A stretch of DNA of 64,000 nucleotides from Camelus ferus (Eukaryota): NCBI RefSeq assembly GCF_009834535.1, contig NC_045716.1:21266001-21330000 (forward strand), given 5' to 3'. Shown here in pieces: positions 23,701-35,789 of this stretch (the stretch's first letter is position 1; the number at the start of each line of letters is the position of its first letter). A program made the position numbers and the translations under genes. The notes under the pieces were generated by a model. It did no database searches. It was not told the origin of the DNA and worked only from the letters and a program-made list of their open reading frames with translations.

Positions 23701-26700
23701 GGTGAGCCAGCACATTCTACATTATAGGATGGTTGTGCAGAGACCTGAGAGATCTGTTTTTCACCTTAGAAGAAGCTTTGAGTGGTAGTTGGATCCTTGA
23801 AAGGGCTGAGGACAGGTGAGATGTGGTTGGAATTAATGATGCATACTCCTCTTCAGGGCCCTGGGCCTCTAACGCCTGGCTTTCCTGGCTTTAGGATCCA
23901 AGCAGTACAGTGCAGCCATTGCCTTCACCCTAGCTCTCTTCTCCCACCTCGTCAATCACGTCAACATACGGCTGCAGGCTGAGCTGGAAGAGGGCGAGAA
24001 TCCCGTTCCGGCATTCCAGAGTGATGGCACAGGTGCAGGAAAGGGGGAGGTTGTGACTGGAAAGGTTATCTTGGGGTGTGGGGGTCATGGAAGGGGAACT
24101 CAGGTGTGGTGTGGGAGGTGCTGTCGAAGAGCATCTTCCAGTGTTCCGGTTCCAGTTTGTCCCTAGGCCTCCTGACCATCCTCTTTCCACAGATGAACCA
24201 GAGTCCAAGGAACCCTTGGAGAAGGAGGAGGAGCCAGGTCCTGAGCCTCCTCCTGCAGCACCTCAAGTGGGCGAGGTCAGAAAGAGCCGGAAGTTCTCCC
24301 GCCTCTCCTGTCTCCGCCGCCGCCGCCACCCCCCCAAAGCTGGTGATGACAGTGACCTGAGTGAAGGCTTTGAATCAGACTCCAGCCATGACTCTGCCCG
24401 GGTCAGCGAGGGCTCAGACAGTGGCTCTGACAAGAGTCTTGAAGGTGGGGGAACAGCCTTTGATGCTGAGTCAGATTCAGAAATGAACAGCCAAGAGTCC
24501 CGATCAGACCTGGAAGATATGGAGGATGAGGAAGGGACACGGTCCCCAGCCCTGGAGCCGCCTCGGGCCAGGTCAGAGGCTCCCGAATCCCTCAATGGCC
24601 CACTGGGCCCCAGTGAGGCCAGCATTGCCAGCAATCTACAAGCCATGTCCACTCAGATGTTCCAGACTAAACGCTGCTTCCGACTGGCACCCACCTTTAG
24701 CAACCTGCTCCTCCAGCCCACCACTGAAGCTCCCACCTTGGCCAGCCACAGGCCCTGCGTCAACGGGGATGTGGACAAGCCTTCACAGCCAGGTATTTGG
24801 GCCTGTCTTCATCTGGCTCTGGTCCCTATCTCCGTACCATCAGCACTCACTGAGAGAGGCTTCTTTCCTCTCTATTCTAGTACGTCTCACCCTCACCGCC
24901 TTACCTTTGGCCTCTGCCTGTAGTGTGGCCCAGAAGTTTTCTGTGGGACTCCCCTCTCCTGCTCACTTCCTCATTCTCAGTTCCCAATCGATTTCATGGT
25001 CTTCATCCCGTCCGACTCCACCTTGCTTGTGGGTTTGGGGCTTTCCTCCCACATGACACTGCAGCTGCAGCTCCCTTCCCTGCCATCCCAGGTCTTGCCA
25101 GGGCTTGTGGAAACTAGAAAAACCAGCACCCACCAGGGCAGGCAGATTAGAGTGAGACTTACTTCCTGAGGTACTTCCCTTAAGGTGCAAAGCACCTGGT
25201 GAGCAGCATCGAGCATTTGCAATGTCTGCTCTTTGCCAAGTGCAAGGCTGGACTTTTTTTGAGTCTTGTCGTACTTAACTTTTCACAGCAGTCTTGTGGT
25301 GAGTTATCCCTATTCTAAGTGCTGTCCTTACCTCCAAGCTTCTGTGCATGGTGCTCCTTTGGTCAGGAACATATTTTTCCTCCTTTGCCCTGAAGCTGTT
25401 GCTTGGCTAATTCTCACTTGCTGTCTAGATCTTAGCTTAAAAGTCGCTTGTTCTGGGAGTCCTCCAAGGGTAGGCTTCCTGTGGGCTCCTGCAGCCTGTG
25501 CACGTCCACAGCTTCAAGCCCTTTCCCACTCAAGTGACAATGTCTGTTAACTTGTCTGTCTCCTCACCTACACTGTGAGCCTCTTGAGAGCAGGACAGTC
25601 TGTGTTTTGTCTCTTGCTGTATCCTCAGTACTTACAGTGCCTGGCTCGTGGGTGGGACTTAGGAAATACTGAATGAATGAAAGCAATGAGGAAGCTGATG
25701 CTCAGAGGTGAAATAAGACGTGCTCAGTGTTCTGACCTGCAGACTGGAGGAGCTAGGAGTTGGAAGTAGTTCTTTTCATCTTGTACCCCTTTTCTCCCTC
25801 CCTATAGCCCCCTTCTGTCTGTCTGCCTTGCCTTTTGCACAGAATAAGCGCATCATAAATATCGGTTGAGGGAATAGCTGTAGACCTCACAAATTAGCTT
25901 GAGTCTGAAAGAATCATATATTTTTTGTTGTTGTTTTTGGTTTGGGGTTTTTTTGGGGGAGGGTGGCAATTAAGTTTAACAGAGGTACTGGGGATTCAAC
26001 CCAGGACCTCGTGCGTGCTAAGCGCTCAGTCTACCACTGAGCTATTCCCTCCCGTCTTGAAAGAATCATATTTTAAAAGGCACCTGGCTCTTGGCTTAAA
26101 AGCAGTCAGTGGGCCTAGAAAAATTAAGCAGGGGCCTAATTCCTTTCTTTTCACATTAGAATTCTTCAGAAAAGTCCAGGCAGTTTGGGGCATGCTCCCT
26201 GCACAGTGTCATTCATCCCAGTTCTCTATCACCCACCCCCAGCCTCTGAAGAAGGCTCTGAGTCAGAAGGAAGTGAGTCGAGTGGGCGCTCCTGTCGTAA
26301 TGAGCGCAGCATCCAGGAGAAGCTGCAAGTCCTGATGGCCGAAGGCCTGCTTCCTGCTGTGAAAGTCTTCCTGGACTGGCTGCGGACCAACCCTGACCTC
26401 ATCATTGTGTGTGCGCAGGTGTGTCACTCTGCTCCAGCTGCCCTCTGTCAGGTGCCAGGGTGTTAGGGAAGGGTGCCAGCCAGGATGGGGCATGGGAGTC
26501 CCCTCAGATGGTCTAGTCAAGCCAAAGTTACTGTCAAGCACGTGCTCTGTGCTGGCTCCTTAGGCTTTTTCCAGAACAAGGATTAGGCATAACCTTTGCC
26601 CTCAAAAAGCCTGTGGCTGGGGCTGGGATACAAACTTTGTGGACTGGGAAGGTGAAGGCCCTGCTTATTCTGCTTTGTGTCCCCCACGCCAGGCATAATT

Positions 26701-29700
26701 GCTGCCATCATGAGTAATGTTGTTGAAAGTATGTGTTTGAGGGTTAACCTCGGTAGGTAAACACTGGAGTCCCGAGAGGGGAGAGCACTGAGTGGTGACA
26801 GGAGAGATGGGACTAGGAAGTGCAGGATGTTCAGACAAGGGGTCAGCATTGTGGGCAGGGAAACGGCTTAAAGAGACTCCTGCCGCTGGAGGCAGTGGTG
26901 TCAGGCAGGCTGCAGTGGAGGCTGGCTGGGGCGATGGTGGCCTTCTCCTCCTCCTCCTGTTCTCAGGTTCAGAGTCTCAGTCTTGAGCCTCTGGTGCCCT
27001 GAGGCTTTTCTGTGATGTTGCTTTATTCCAGGGGCACAGCTGTCTGCTGTGGAAGACCCTTTTCCCTTCAGGTCACCCTCTTCCCTAAACGAGACAGTTT
27101 GGGTCAGGGCCAGGCACACCCTTGGGTGTGTGCTTGTGCCTGATGACAGCTAGTTAATCATTGTTGGTCATCAAGGGGTGTGGTGAAGATGGAGGTGGGG
27201 GGCGCGTCCCTGGAGAGGCGGCCCAGTGTGGGCACGTGAGGGCCGAAAGGAAAAATTTGTGCTGGATGGGGAGAAGCCTCCTGCAACACCAGCTTTTTCC
27301 ATTACCAAGATCCAGAGAGTCCTTCCTGCAGTCTCACCCCCTCCCTTTACATGAAGCCTTCAGCTGGTGATGAAGTTCAGCAAGGCTCCGTGGTCCTCCT
27401 TCTTTCTTCCTTATTTTCCAAGTCCTTCACGAGCCCCCCTTGGGCTCTTTTGTTAATTTTTGTATCAAATGCATCTAGGCCTGTGGCCATAGCCAGATGC
27501 CCCCCAAATATAATGTTTTTCTTGCTTGCTGCCATCCTCTAGCACTGCCCCAGCTGAAGGCCTCCTCTTTTTGTTCCCCAAGAGCTCTCAAAGTCTGTGG
27601 AACCGCCTGTCTGTGTTGCTGAACCTGTTGCCAGCTGCTGGCGAACTCCAAGAGTCTGGTGAGTGAGTTCCTGGCACTGCCCTCCCTTCCCCTCTCCCTC
27701 ACGGGCCTCACGAAACCCACCATCCCCCCTTCCTGGTAACCTGGTCCTTGGGGTAAGGAGGTTAATGGGATTCACTGCCCAGCCTCCCTGACACACAGCA
27801 GTCATTGTGGTCTGGGCCTCTCTGGTTTCCACCCCTGACACTGCCCCACTGTAGGCAGGTAGCCTGCTCTGCCAGGGAGTGTGCTCCCTGGGGAAGGCAG
27901 TGGAGTGGACAAGAACGAGGGAGGGGAGCCTGGGAGCCAGCACCAGTTGCCGATGTGGCACCAGTACCTTCGTCACTGAGAATTGGCCTTGACCGTCAGA
28001 GCTCATCTGTCTCATTCATCTCCTCCTACCACCTTCCAGCTGGAAATCTACCTTCTCCCACCTCTGGGCTCACCCGAGGGTGATCCATTCCTTTTCCTCC
28101 AGAGTCCCTCCGCTCACAGCCATCCTAGTGTGATTGTCTCCACTGTCAGGGAGCCGTCCCCGTGTAAGCTGTCCTTACTCTCCCCACCTGCTCTGCTTCT
28201 CTAACCCTTCCAGCTCTGGGCTCCTAGAGTTCTGCCTGATGGCCTGTGAGCTGTCTCTCCTGTCCTCCCCCAAACCTCCCCCTACCTTCTGTCCAAGGGG
28301 TATGTCCTGTCTCACAGCCTGGGAATTCCCAAAGGGAAGAGCTGTGTACCTCTGACTGGGGCTCCCACAAGGCAGGTAGGTCTCATGTGTCCTCTTTCTC
28401 CCCAGGCCTGGCCCTGTGTTCTGAGGTCCAGGATCTCCTTGAAGGTTGTGAACTGCCTGACCTCCCATCTAGCCTGCTGCTCCCAGAGGACATGGCGCTC
28501 CGCAACCTGCCTCCCCTCCGGGCTGCCCACAGGCGCTTTAACTTTGACACGGATCGGCTCCTGCTCAGCCCTTTAGAGGAGGTGAGGAGAGCATTTCTCA
28601 CGTCACAAGCTCTGTTGTTAGTCAGACTCAGCGGCAAAGCAGGGGCTCGGGGCTGCAGAGGGCCAGCAGGCACCCCTCCTTCCATCCAGACAGGGAGTGT
28701 GTCCCTGGGGCTGCAGCTGTGAGCGCTTCTTCACTCAGTGGGCCATTTGGGCTTCCTTTCCTTCTTGGCAGGGTGTCCTCCCACAGGTCTGCCGTTGGTG
28801 TCTTCCTTTGTAGAACAAACTTCCTTCCTTTTCGCCACCTTTTGTAGAGGACAGAAGAAGCAGATTATTAGGACTTTGAAATCTTTATCGGTCTTTTCTC
28901 TCTTCTGGGCCCAGCTTCCTCTAAGCTGACCACCAAACAATCAGAGAAAGTTAGAGCTGGAAGGGCATGTGCTACCCACTTAGTCTGGTGACCTTCACCC
29001 TTGAGTCAGTGTCACCACATGGGCCATCTGGGGGCAGCAGAGGAAAGCCAGGCAGACAGGCCTCCCTGCCCCTGTCCCTGAGACACACATACACACCGCC
29101 TCCGCCGCCCCGCCTCCCCCTTGGTTTCTCTCTCTCCAGCCAGAGTCGCTTGGCTTTAGTCTGTTTCATGTTTTAGGGTTCTAGATAAGATTTTTGTCTG
29201 TTGGAAAAAGAAGAGCTTTGCTGATCAAAAACGTAAGCTGGAAATAGTGATCTGGTTTGTCCTCTCATTTTACACATAAGGAACTGAGACTCAGAGGAGA
29301 GGGACAGCATAAGGACCCAGGTCTCATCACTCCCAGCCCAGTGCCCTGCTCTTCTCAGCCCCGAGTCCTACTTCTCTAGTCCTCGTAGGAGTCTCCTTGC
29401 CCTCCTTGCTTGTTCCTTTGTGGCAGCTGGAGGCTCTGGGCTGTGGTGCTCCTCTTTTCCGCCCCACAGACCAGAAGCCTTTCCGAGGAGCCCGTTTGCT
29501 GAGGCAGCTGGGCTGGCGGAGAGGCAGGTGGCGGGGAGTCCCGGTGGGCGGGTGGGCCTGCGGCGCCCTGCTCATTGGGCTGCTCCCATCTCTCCCCACA
29601 GACGGTCGTGCGCATCTGCTGCATCCGCAGCTTTGGCCACTTTGTTGCTCGCCTGCAAGGTAGCATCCTGCAGTTCAACCCAGAGGTCGGCATCTTCGTC

Positions 29701-32700
29701 AGCATCGCCCAGTCCGAGCAGGAGAGCCTGCTGCAGCAGGCCCAGGCCCAGTTCCGCATGGTGAGTCAGGCCTTCGCTCCCTCCACTCTGCTCCCATGGG
29801 CTTAAGTGTGCTGGTGGGCCTCGACTGAAGGTCAGTGGGACTAGGGAAACAGCCTAGGGAGAGGAGGCCAGGGACGGAGCTAAGGGCTGATAGGGAGTGA
29901 GAGGTGCTTTGAGCAGGGGCAGCCTGGCACTGGGGCTATATCTAGACTGACTGGGGGTGGATGGCCATCTCTGTCCTCTACTAGTCTGAGTTGAGCAAGT
30001 TGCTTAACCTTGCTAAGCCTGTTTCTTCATCACTTATGTAGGAATAGAGTCAGCTTTATGGGCTTGTTGTGACGATGGAATTATAGCAAATGTCAGGCTC
30101 TGCATGTTGCATTATGGAGTGTGTGTGCTCAGCAAAAGCTTTTCCCTTCCCTTTTAGAAGGGTGAAGCCTGGGGAGTGGAAGGGAGTGGAGGGATCCTGG
30201 CATTAGATACCATGCAGGAACCCTCCCATCCCACGGAAGCCCCAGAGAATAGGAGGTGGCATGTGTTACCTCTTACCCATTCAGTCACTCATTCCACAGA
30301 TGTTTATTAAGAGTCTGCTGTGTGCCAGACCCGTCCGTATCCTAGGCATGGGTCACAGCAACATACAAGATAGGTCTTTCTCTCGTGGGGCTACTTGGGT
30401 TCTGCAGTGGGGCCTGCAGCCCTGGGCATGTCGTTCTTCCAGGCTGAGTGGCACCAGCGCATTTGAGGGAATGGTGTCTGGCACGGGAGGCATGTCCCGT
30501 GTGTCTTGGCAGGCCTCAGGGGTTCTTCATCTCATGCCCCGTATTCTTCCCTTCCCCAGCCCCAGGCTCCCCTACCTCTCTGAGCACCCGCTTCCTGCGG
30601 ACGTTCTGCTTGATGGGAAGGGGCACAGACTCCCCAGAAACTCCCTTCCTTGCTGCCTTAAAAGTCAGCACATTTTGTTAAAAACTAACCTTTTGTGTTA
30701 AGACTTTTATTGCTGTTCCATAGGGGAAAACACAGGGGGTTACAAAAATAATTATGGGGAAGTTACACAGCTTCAAAAAATGTTAGAGTTTGCAGGCATT
30801 TCCTCTGGCCTAAAGCTCCCGAAGACTCCTTTCTCGCGGGTGGGGGAGGGAACACCTGAAGCCCCTCTGGTGTGGTGCCGGACGCCACAGGCCGTGCTGG
30901 ACTCGGGCCACACTGCCTGCCGGGGCTGCCGCCTGCCCTCCCTGAGTCACGTTTCCAGCCCGAGGAGCTTGTTCCCCAGCAGCAGCAGCATGGTCCCTGC
31001 CTTATAACCATCTCCTATCATTTAGCAAGAGCTTTCTCTCTGTAAAGCTGCTTTGCATGCGACACCTCATTTAACCCTTGCAGCAGCCCCGTGAAGGGTG
31101 CTTGCACCCTCAGTTTACAGATGACGAAGCTCAGAATGACAAAGGGAGGTATCAGTGGTAGAGCCAGGGCTCTGGAATTGGAAGGACCAGGCTCTTGTCC
31201 TTGTTCTAAGCTGTTGTAGGAGTTTAGCTTCTCTGCAGGCCAGGGGGGCTCTCTGGGCTCTGGTGTCTGCCTGGTTTAGGGACCCTGTCTTTTCTGATGA
31301 GACCTCAGGTTTTCCCTGAGGAACACAGAGGCCCACACCTCTGAGCTGCTGGGTTTCAGAGCCTAAGCTTAGTGCAGCTCCCCTCCTGTGGGTCCAGGTG
31401 ATCCCCACTCACCTGCACTGGTTCTCTGGGGGCACTTACCCAACTACACCCATCCCCCTCTCTCAGACACAGGCTTCACGATTCCAGTTGTAGCCTCAAA
31501 GTCAGATTCCTGGGCTTGAGTTCTACAGTGAGAAGAGGGGAAGCTTGTCCTCGGTGCTCCTGTTCCTTACCAGTCTGCCAGTGGGGCCTGTGAGAAGATG
31601 GCTCTCACCTGGGCTCTGGTCTTCTGCCTCCCTTTCCTTCTTCTACCAGAGTTTCTCTAAGGGGACACTCCTGGCATTTTGTGCAGGACCATTCTTTGTT
31701 GTGTAGGACTCTGCAGGGAGGTAGCAGGTGGATGTTGCATAACCACAGTATAATTATCAAAACTAAGAAATTAGGATTGCTACAACACTATTAACTATAG
31801 ACTTTATTCGTATTTCATTAGTTTTTCTACAAATGTCTATTTTATTTTCCAGGATTCCACATTACATTTGATAGTTAATGTCTCATTATTAAAGACTCCT
31901 TTCCTTGTCTTTTATGATCTTGACATTTCTTAAGAGTATTGGTCAGTTGTTGTATAGTGTGTCCCTCAGTTTTGCTTTGTCTGGTGTCGTCTTATGAGTA
32001 CAGTGAGATTATGTACTCCAGGTGAATATTTTAAAGCATCACTTTGATGATGCCACTTTGCTTGTCAAAGAGCCTTTAGTGGCTCCCCATATCTTTTAGG
32101 ATAAGTCGCCATTCTTAACCTCATCTTTTAGATTGTATTAAGGAATTTGGACTTAATAGTCCAGAAGACAAAAGAAAACCATCAAAGGACTTTCAGTCAA
32201 GGCCATGGTAGACATCAGATGGCTTTTGAAAGCTTGCCTTGGTTGCAGGCAGAGAAAATGGATGGGGTTAGAGCCAGAGGCCAGTCAGGAGGTGGTTATA
32301 ATAGTCAAGGTGGGAGGGGTTTGAATGATTTTTTTGAGGAACTACAACTGACAGGACTGAGAGGCTGATAGCTTCTGGGGCTGAGAGAGAGGGAAAAGTC
32401 AAAGCCAACTAGCTTCCTGACTTGGGCAGATGGTGGTTTATATAGCAAGTTGGGGAACAACAGAGGACGAGAAGCCAGTTTTGAGGAGCAGATGGGGCTG
32501 TCAAATAGGCAGTTGGGTATGTAGGTCTGGAATTCAAGGGGTCAGGTCTGGGCTGAAGCTGTAGGTTTTGGAAGAAGTTGATAGGTAGATGGTGATAGAA
32601 AGTGAGGGGGTGCATGGATGGTATCCCCTGGGAAGGAGGACGGATTGAGAAGAGCAGAGATGGAGCCCTGAGGCACAGCCATGTGCTGTCACTTCTGCTG

Positions 32701-35700
32701 ATGGAACGTATTTAGATGGCACCCATGCCTCCTTTCTCCTCACTTAGCAGGAGTGGTAGAGAGTTGACTTTATATGAAGCTGTACCTATTTCAGACCCTA
32801 GGAATCCCTCTTGGTCTTCTTGATTCCTTCTGGAGAAAGGAATATTCCCCCAGCTCCTCGTCCCGAGCTTAGCACCTGGTTTCCCCTCGCAGGCACAGGA
32901 GGAAGCTCGGCGGAACAGGCTGATGAGAGACATGGCCCAGCTACGACTTCAGGTAGGAAGTCTGGAGCCAGCGCTCCTTCTGCTCTTGATCTGGTTATTG
33001 CCTAAAGCCCCTGGCACATCCTCACCCCTCCAGCTGCAGCCCTCGCTCTGTCTATTATGTCCCTCTGTCCCTCCACCTTGCCCTCTCGGTGCTGACTTGT
33101 CACTGAGCCTTCATGCTCTCTTTCTGCCTTCAGTTCTCTTTCTCTTCCTTCTCTTTCTCTTTCCCATATCCTTGTTTCTGTCTACTTTTCCTACGAGGCC
33201 ATTTGTAGAAGGGGCCCCCTGCTCCCCTTGGCAGCAGGAGGAGCCCCATAAGAGCCACCTCGAGTACAATTCTTCCCCTACTCAGGCTGCGGCCCCACAC
33301 GGCTCTACCCACTCTGCCTTCTCTCACCAGCTCGAGGTCTCCCAGCTGGAAGGGAGCCTGCAGCAGCCCAAGGCCCAATCAGCAATGTCTCCCTACCTCG
33401 TCCCTGACACCCAGGCCCTCTGCCACCACCTCCCTCTCATCCGCCAGCTGGCCACCAGTGGCCGCTTCATTGTCATCATCCCAAGGACAGGTAAGCACAT
33501 TAGAGGGGTGGGGTGTGGGCAGAGAGTATGTTTAAAAGAGACTCTGGCTTGAGATTGAGACCTTTACTTACGGCCCAGTTTATACACAGTGGCCTTGGTC
33601 AAGTCCTACCATCTCTCTGAACCTCAGTCATTTCATCTGTAAAGTGGGCATGACAATCTCTGTTAAACCCTGACTCAAGATGGTTGGGAGAAATAGATGA
33701 GAAAATCTAAGTGACAGTAGTTGGTAAGGTGCCAAATACATTCGTGGCAGAAGGTCAGTCTTTGCAGGAACTTCAGGATTCCTGTGGGAGCCATGGCCCC
33801 TTCTTTTCCTGCAGCGTGTCCTGGAGCAGGTGCAGATGTTTCTGCAGGGCCCCATGTCACAGCAGCCCGAGCTCATCTGTTTTGTCCTTCCCCCACCCCC
33901 ACCTTGCCCACCAGTGATCGATGGCCTGGACTTGCTGAAGAAGGAACACCCAGGGGCTCGGGATGGGATTCGATACCTGGAGGCAGAGTTTAAAAAAGGG
34001 AACAGGTGAGTGCAGGCTGGCTGGACCTGTGCTCAGCCCAGACAGCAAATGCATATGTGTTCCTTGTGTAAGACACATGCTCGTGGTCCCAGCTCGCAGT
34101 TGGCTCACTGTCTAGGGAGGGAGGCCAAAGACTATTAGAAATCAAGGTCTTAGGTGCATAAGTAGATGGTGATTGGAAGAGCCAGGAGCCCTGTCAGGGA
34201 GCACCAACCTGCCAGTCCATTTACCTTTGGGGCAAACATGAGATCATTGTCACTGGGGAGAGGGGAGCAAACCACTGACTCCAGGCTGTGGGCTCTTTTG
34301 CAGGAGTTTCTCCTCCTTTAGGTGATCAGGTTGACCAGGGTGGGAGCGCCTTCATCGGGGCTGTCCAGGGGCTTCCTACCTCCCATGAAGCCATGTGGGG
34401 GGAACGGATGGCAGTGTGTAGGTGCTCAGCCTAGCAGTCTATAGCCTTTGGGGCCAGAAGAGGACTAGGCATTCGTGTCCCATCTAGGGTGCCAAAAAAA
34501 AAAAGAAGAAGAAGAAGAGGACTAGGCAGTCTGTGCAGGGAAGAGAGAGAAAGCTTCCCCTCTCCCTGCTGGCCGGCCCACCCCTCTCTGCATCTGCCCT
34601 TGCCTGGCCAGGAAGCTGCACAAAGCCTGCTTGTTTGGACCGTGTCTCCAGAAGCACTGACTTGAAAAGCATCTGCTGCCTCTCTCCTCCCAGCTCCTCC
34701 CCCGGGAGGAACCAAAAAGTTGATGTTATCAGGAGGAAAAGCGAGCCGGGCTCAGCAGCCAGGAAGCCACTTCAAAATCGCTCCAAACAGACCTGTGTTG
34801 GGGAAGATGCACCCCCCTCCACCTCCCATAAAACTGGGTCCCCTGCGCCACAATGGCCCGCTTTATGTGAGGTGCCCTCCCTCTCCTCTGCCCCCCACCT
34901 CCACTCTCTTGTCTCCTTTGCAGGTACATTCGCTGCCAGAAGGAGGTGGGGAAGAGCTTTGAGCGGCATAAGCTGAAGAGGCAGGATGCAGATGCCTGGT
35001 AGAATGTCAGCCCCTGCCCCTCGAGCCTCTGCTGGGCTGCCTGCCTCACTCCTCTGCGGGGACTCCCCGGGAGAGCGGGACAGGAGCGGACGGTTCTGTA
35101 CTAGGCGGCTTGCCAGGGCCCTCCTGCTGGTCTCACCTTGGATAGAGTGAGAAATTGCTCCAGTACCAGAGCCCCTGTGGCCCTGGACACTCGGGCTTGG
35201 CGTCCTCACTCATTTGCACTTTTGCCCAGTCCCTGTAGCACGTCCTCCAGGGCCAGCTCCCAGGACCCACTGCTCCTGGCTACCTGGTCTCTCTTGCTCT
35301 CTCCCAGGGCCCTCCTCGCCCCCCGCTTCCCCTGTGCCCTGGAGATGGGTGTTCAGTCTGTGCTAATGCTGGGGCTTGGCCCGCCTTCCCTCTCCTCCCC
35401 ACCAGGACGCTCTATAAGATCTTGGACAGCTGCAAACAGCTGACCCTGGCCCAGGGGGCAGGTGAGGAGGACCCGAGCGGCATGGTGACCATTGTCACAG
35501 GCCTTCCACTGGACAGCCCCAGCACGCTCTCAGGCCCTATGCAGGTGGGTCACGGGGTGAGGTGGAGGCAGAGTGTGGAATGGGGAATAGGTACCAGAGT
35601 CGACTCCCTGAGACCAGACAGCTGCCCTTCCCCAACCCCTCAGTGACTTGTCCCGTAGTTCAGGAGGGCAGGCCTGCCTCCATCTGTACTCTCCTCAATT

Positions 35701-35789
35701 CACAGGCAGCCTTGCAGGCCGCTGCACATGCTAGTGTGGACATCAAGAATGTTCTGGACTTCTACAAGCAGTGGAAGGAGATTGGTTGA
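11382..35789 (+). CDS. SMG5: Nonsense-mediated mRNA decay factor SMG5 (EST1B), 1016 aa
   Basis: Exons 11382-11455, 15157-15255, 15787-15910, 16274-16430, 18151-18240, 19201-19290, 20000-20078, ~22239-22364 (in the N gap; only AAGCG|GT visible), 22471-22539, 23005-23213, 23895-24032, 24193-24792, 26243-26418, 27583-27658, 28406-28581, 29602-29760, 32893-32952, 33331-33490, 33915-34005, 34924-34998, 35406-35544, 35706-35789. With a 126-nt exon 8 the total is 3051 nt. Starts MSQGPPTGESSEPEAKVLHTKRLYR, has PIN motif YLVPDTQALCHHL and ends DFYKQWKEIG*. Confidence 0.96.
13195..13292 (-). mobile_element. tRNA-Ala-derived SINE (camelid Vic-1-like)
   Basis: Reverse strand reads ggggtaggcatagctcagtggtagagcacatgcttagcatgcacaaggttcctgggttcaatccccagtacctcc followed by an A-rich tail. 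Confidence 0.85.
14143..14360 (-). mobile_element. MIR SINE
   Basis: 'tttaaccctcacaaa...cccattttatggatgggagaaccgagacataaggaagttaga...gctaggatttgaatccaggcagtctggttccagagcc'. Confidence 0.7.
14530..14760 (-). mobile_element. MIR SINE
   Basis: 'catttaatccttgcaacagccct...gaggttaggtaattcgcccaaggttacagagttagtaag'. Confidence 0.65.
14790..14986 (-). mobile_element. MER20 (hAT-Charlie) DNA transposon fossil
   Basis: 'gttgtgacaattaaaaatgtctccagcattgccaggtgtcccctgaggg' matches the MER20 end as I recall it. Confidence 0.65.
17372..17540 (+). mobile_element. MIR SINE
   Basis: 'gccagactgcctg...ctgtgaaatgggagtaataagaataactacctcatagggttgctgtgaggat'. Confidence 0.7.
21095..21560 (+). mobile_element. MLT1 (MaLR/ERVL) solo LTR
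   Basis: Ends 'cacttctcagtggaaggaatatcaaagagtttgtagctatatttagttgaccaca'; internal 'gtcacttctgcaatattctg' is typical of MLT1. Confidence 0.6.
21655..21900 (+). mobile_element. MIR SINE
   Basis: 'cagacttgggttggaaactcagctctaccatgtggtagctatgtgacctt...tttcctcatctgtag...gtgaggattaa'. Confidence 0.7.
22228..22359. other. Assembly gap (132 N) covering most of SMG5 exon 8
   Basis: N run ending just before AAGCG|GTGAGT. Confidence 0.98.
25920..26057 (-). mobile_element. tRNA-Ala-derived SINE (Vic-1-like) with 14-bp TSD
   Basis: tRNA-like head on the - strand, T-rich tail on +. TSD TGAAAGAATCATAT at 25906-25919 and 26058-26071. Confidence 0.88.
29960..30140 (+). mobile_element. MIR SINE
   Basis: 'ttgagcaagttgcttaaccttgctaagcctgtttcttcatc...ggcttgttgtgacgatgg'. 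Confidence 0.55.
32150..32780 (-). mobile_element. L2 fragment(s)
   Basis: Purine-rich 'ggaggtggttataatagtcaagg...ggcagttgggtatgtaggtctggaattcaaggggtcaggtctgggctgaag' is typical L2 internal sequence. Confidence 0.55.
33560..33740 (+). mobile_element. MIR SINE
   Basis: 'gtggccttggtcaagtcctaccatctctctgaacctcagtcatttcatctgtaaagtgggcatgacaat'. Confidence 0.6.

Noticed and set aside
27580-27583. AAG acceptor for SMG5 exon 14 and weak GTGCAG donor for exon 11
   Set aside because: Both are legal GT-AG sites and keep frame and orthologous peptide. Uncommon but not aberrant.
33400-35544. SMG5 PIN domain lacks the full acidic catalytic set (DTQ instead of DTN)
   Set aside because: An established property of SMG5 orthologues, not specific to this genome.
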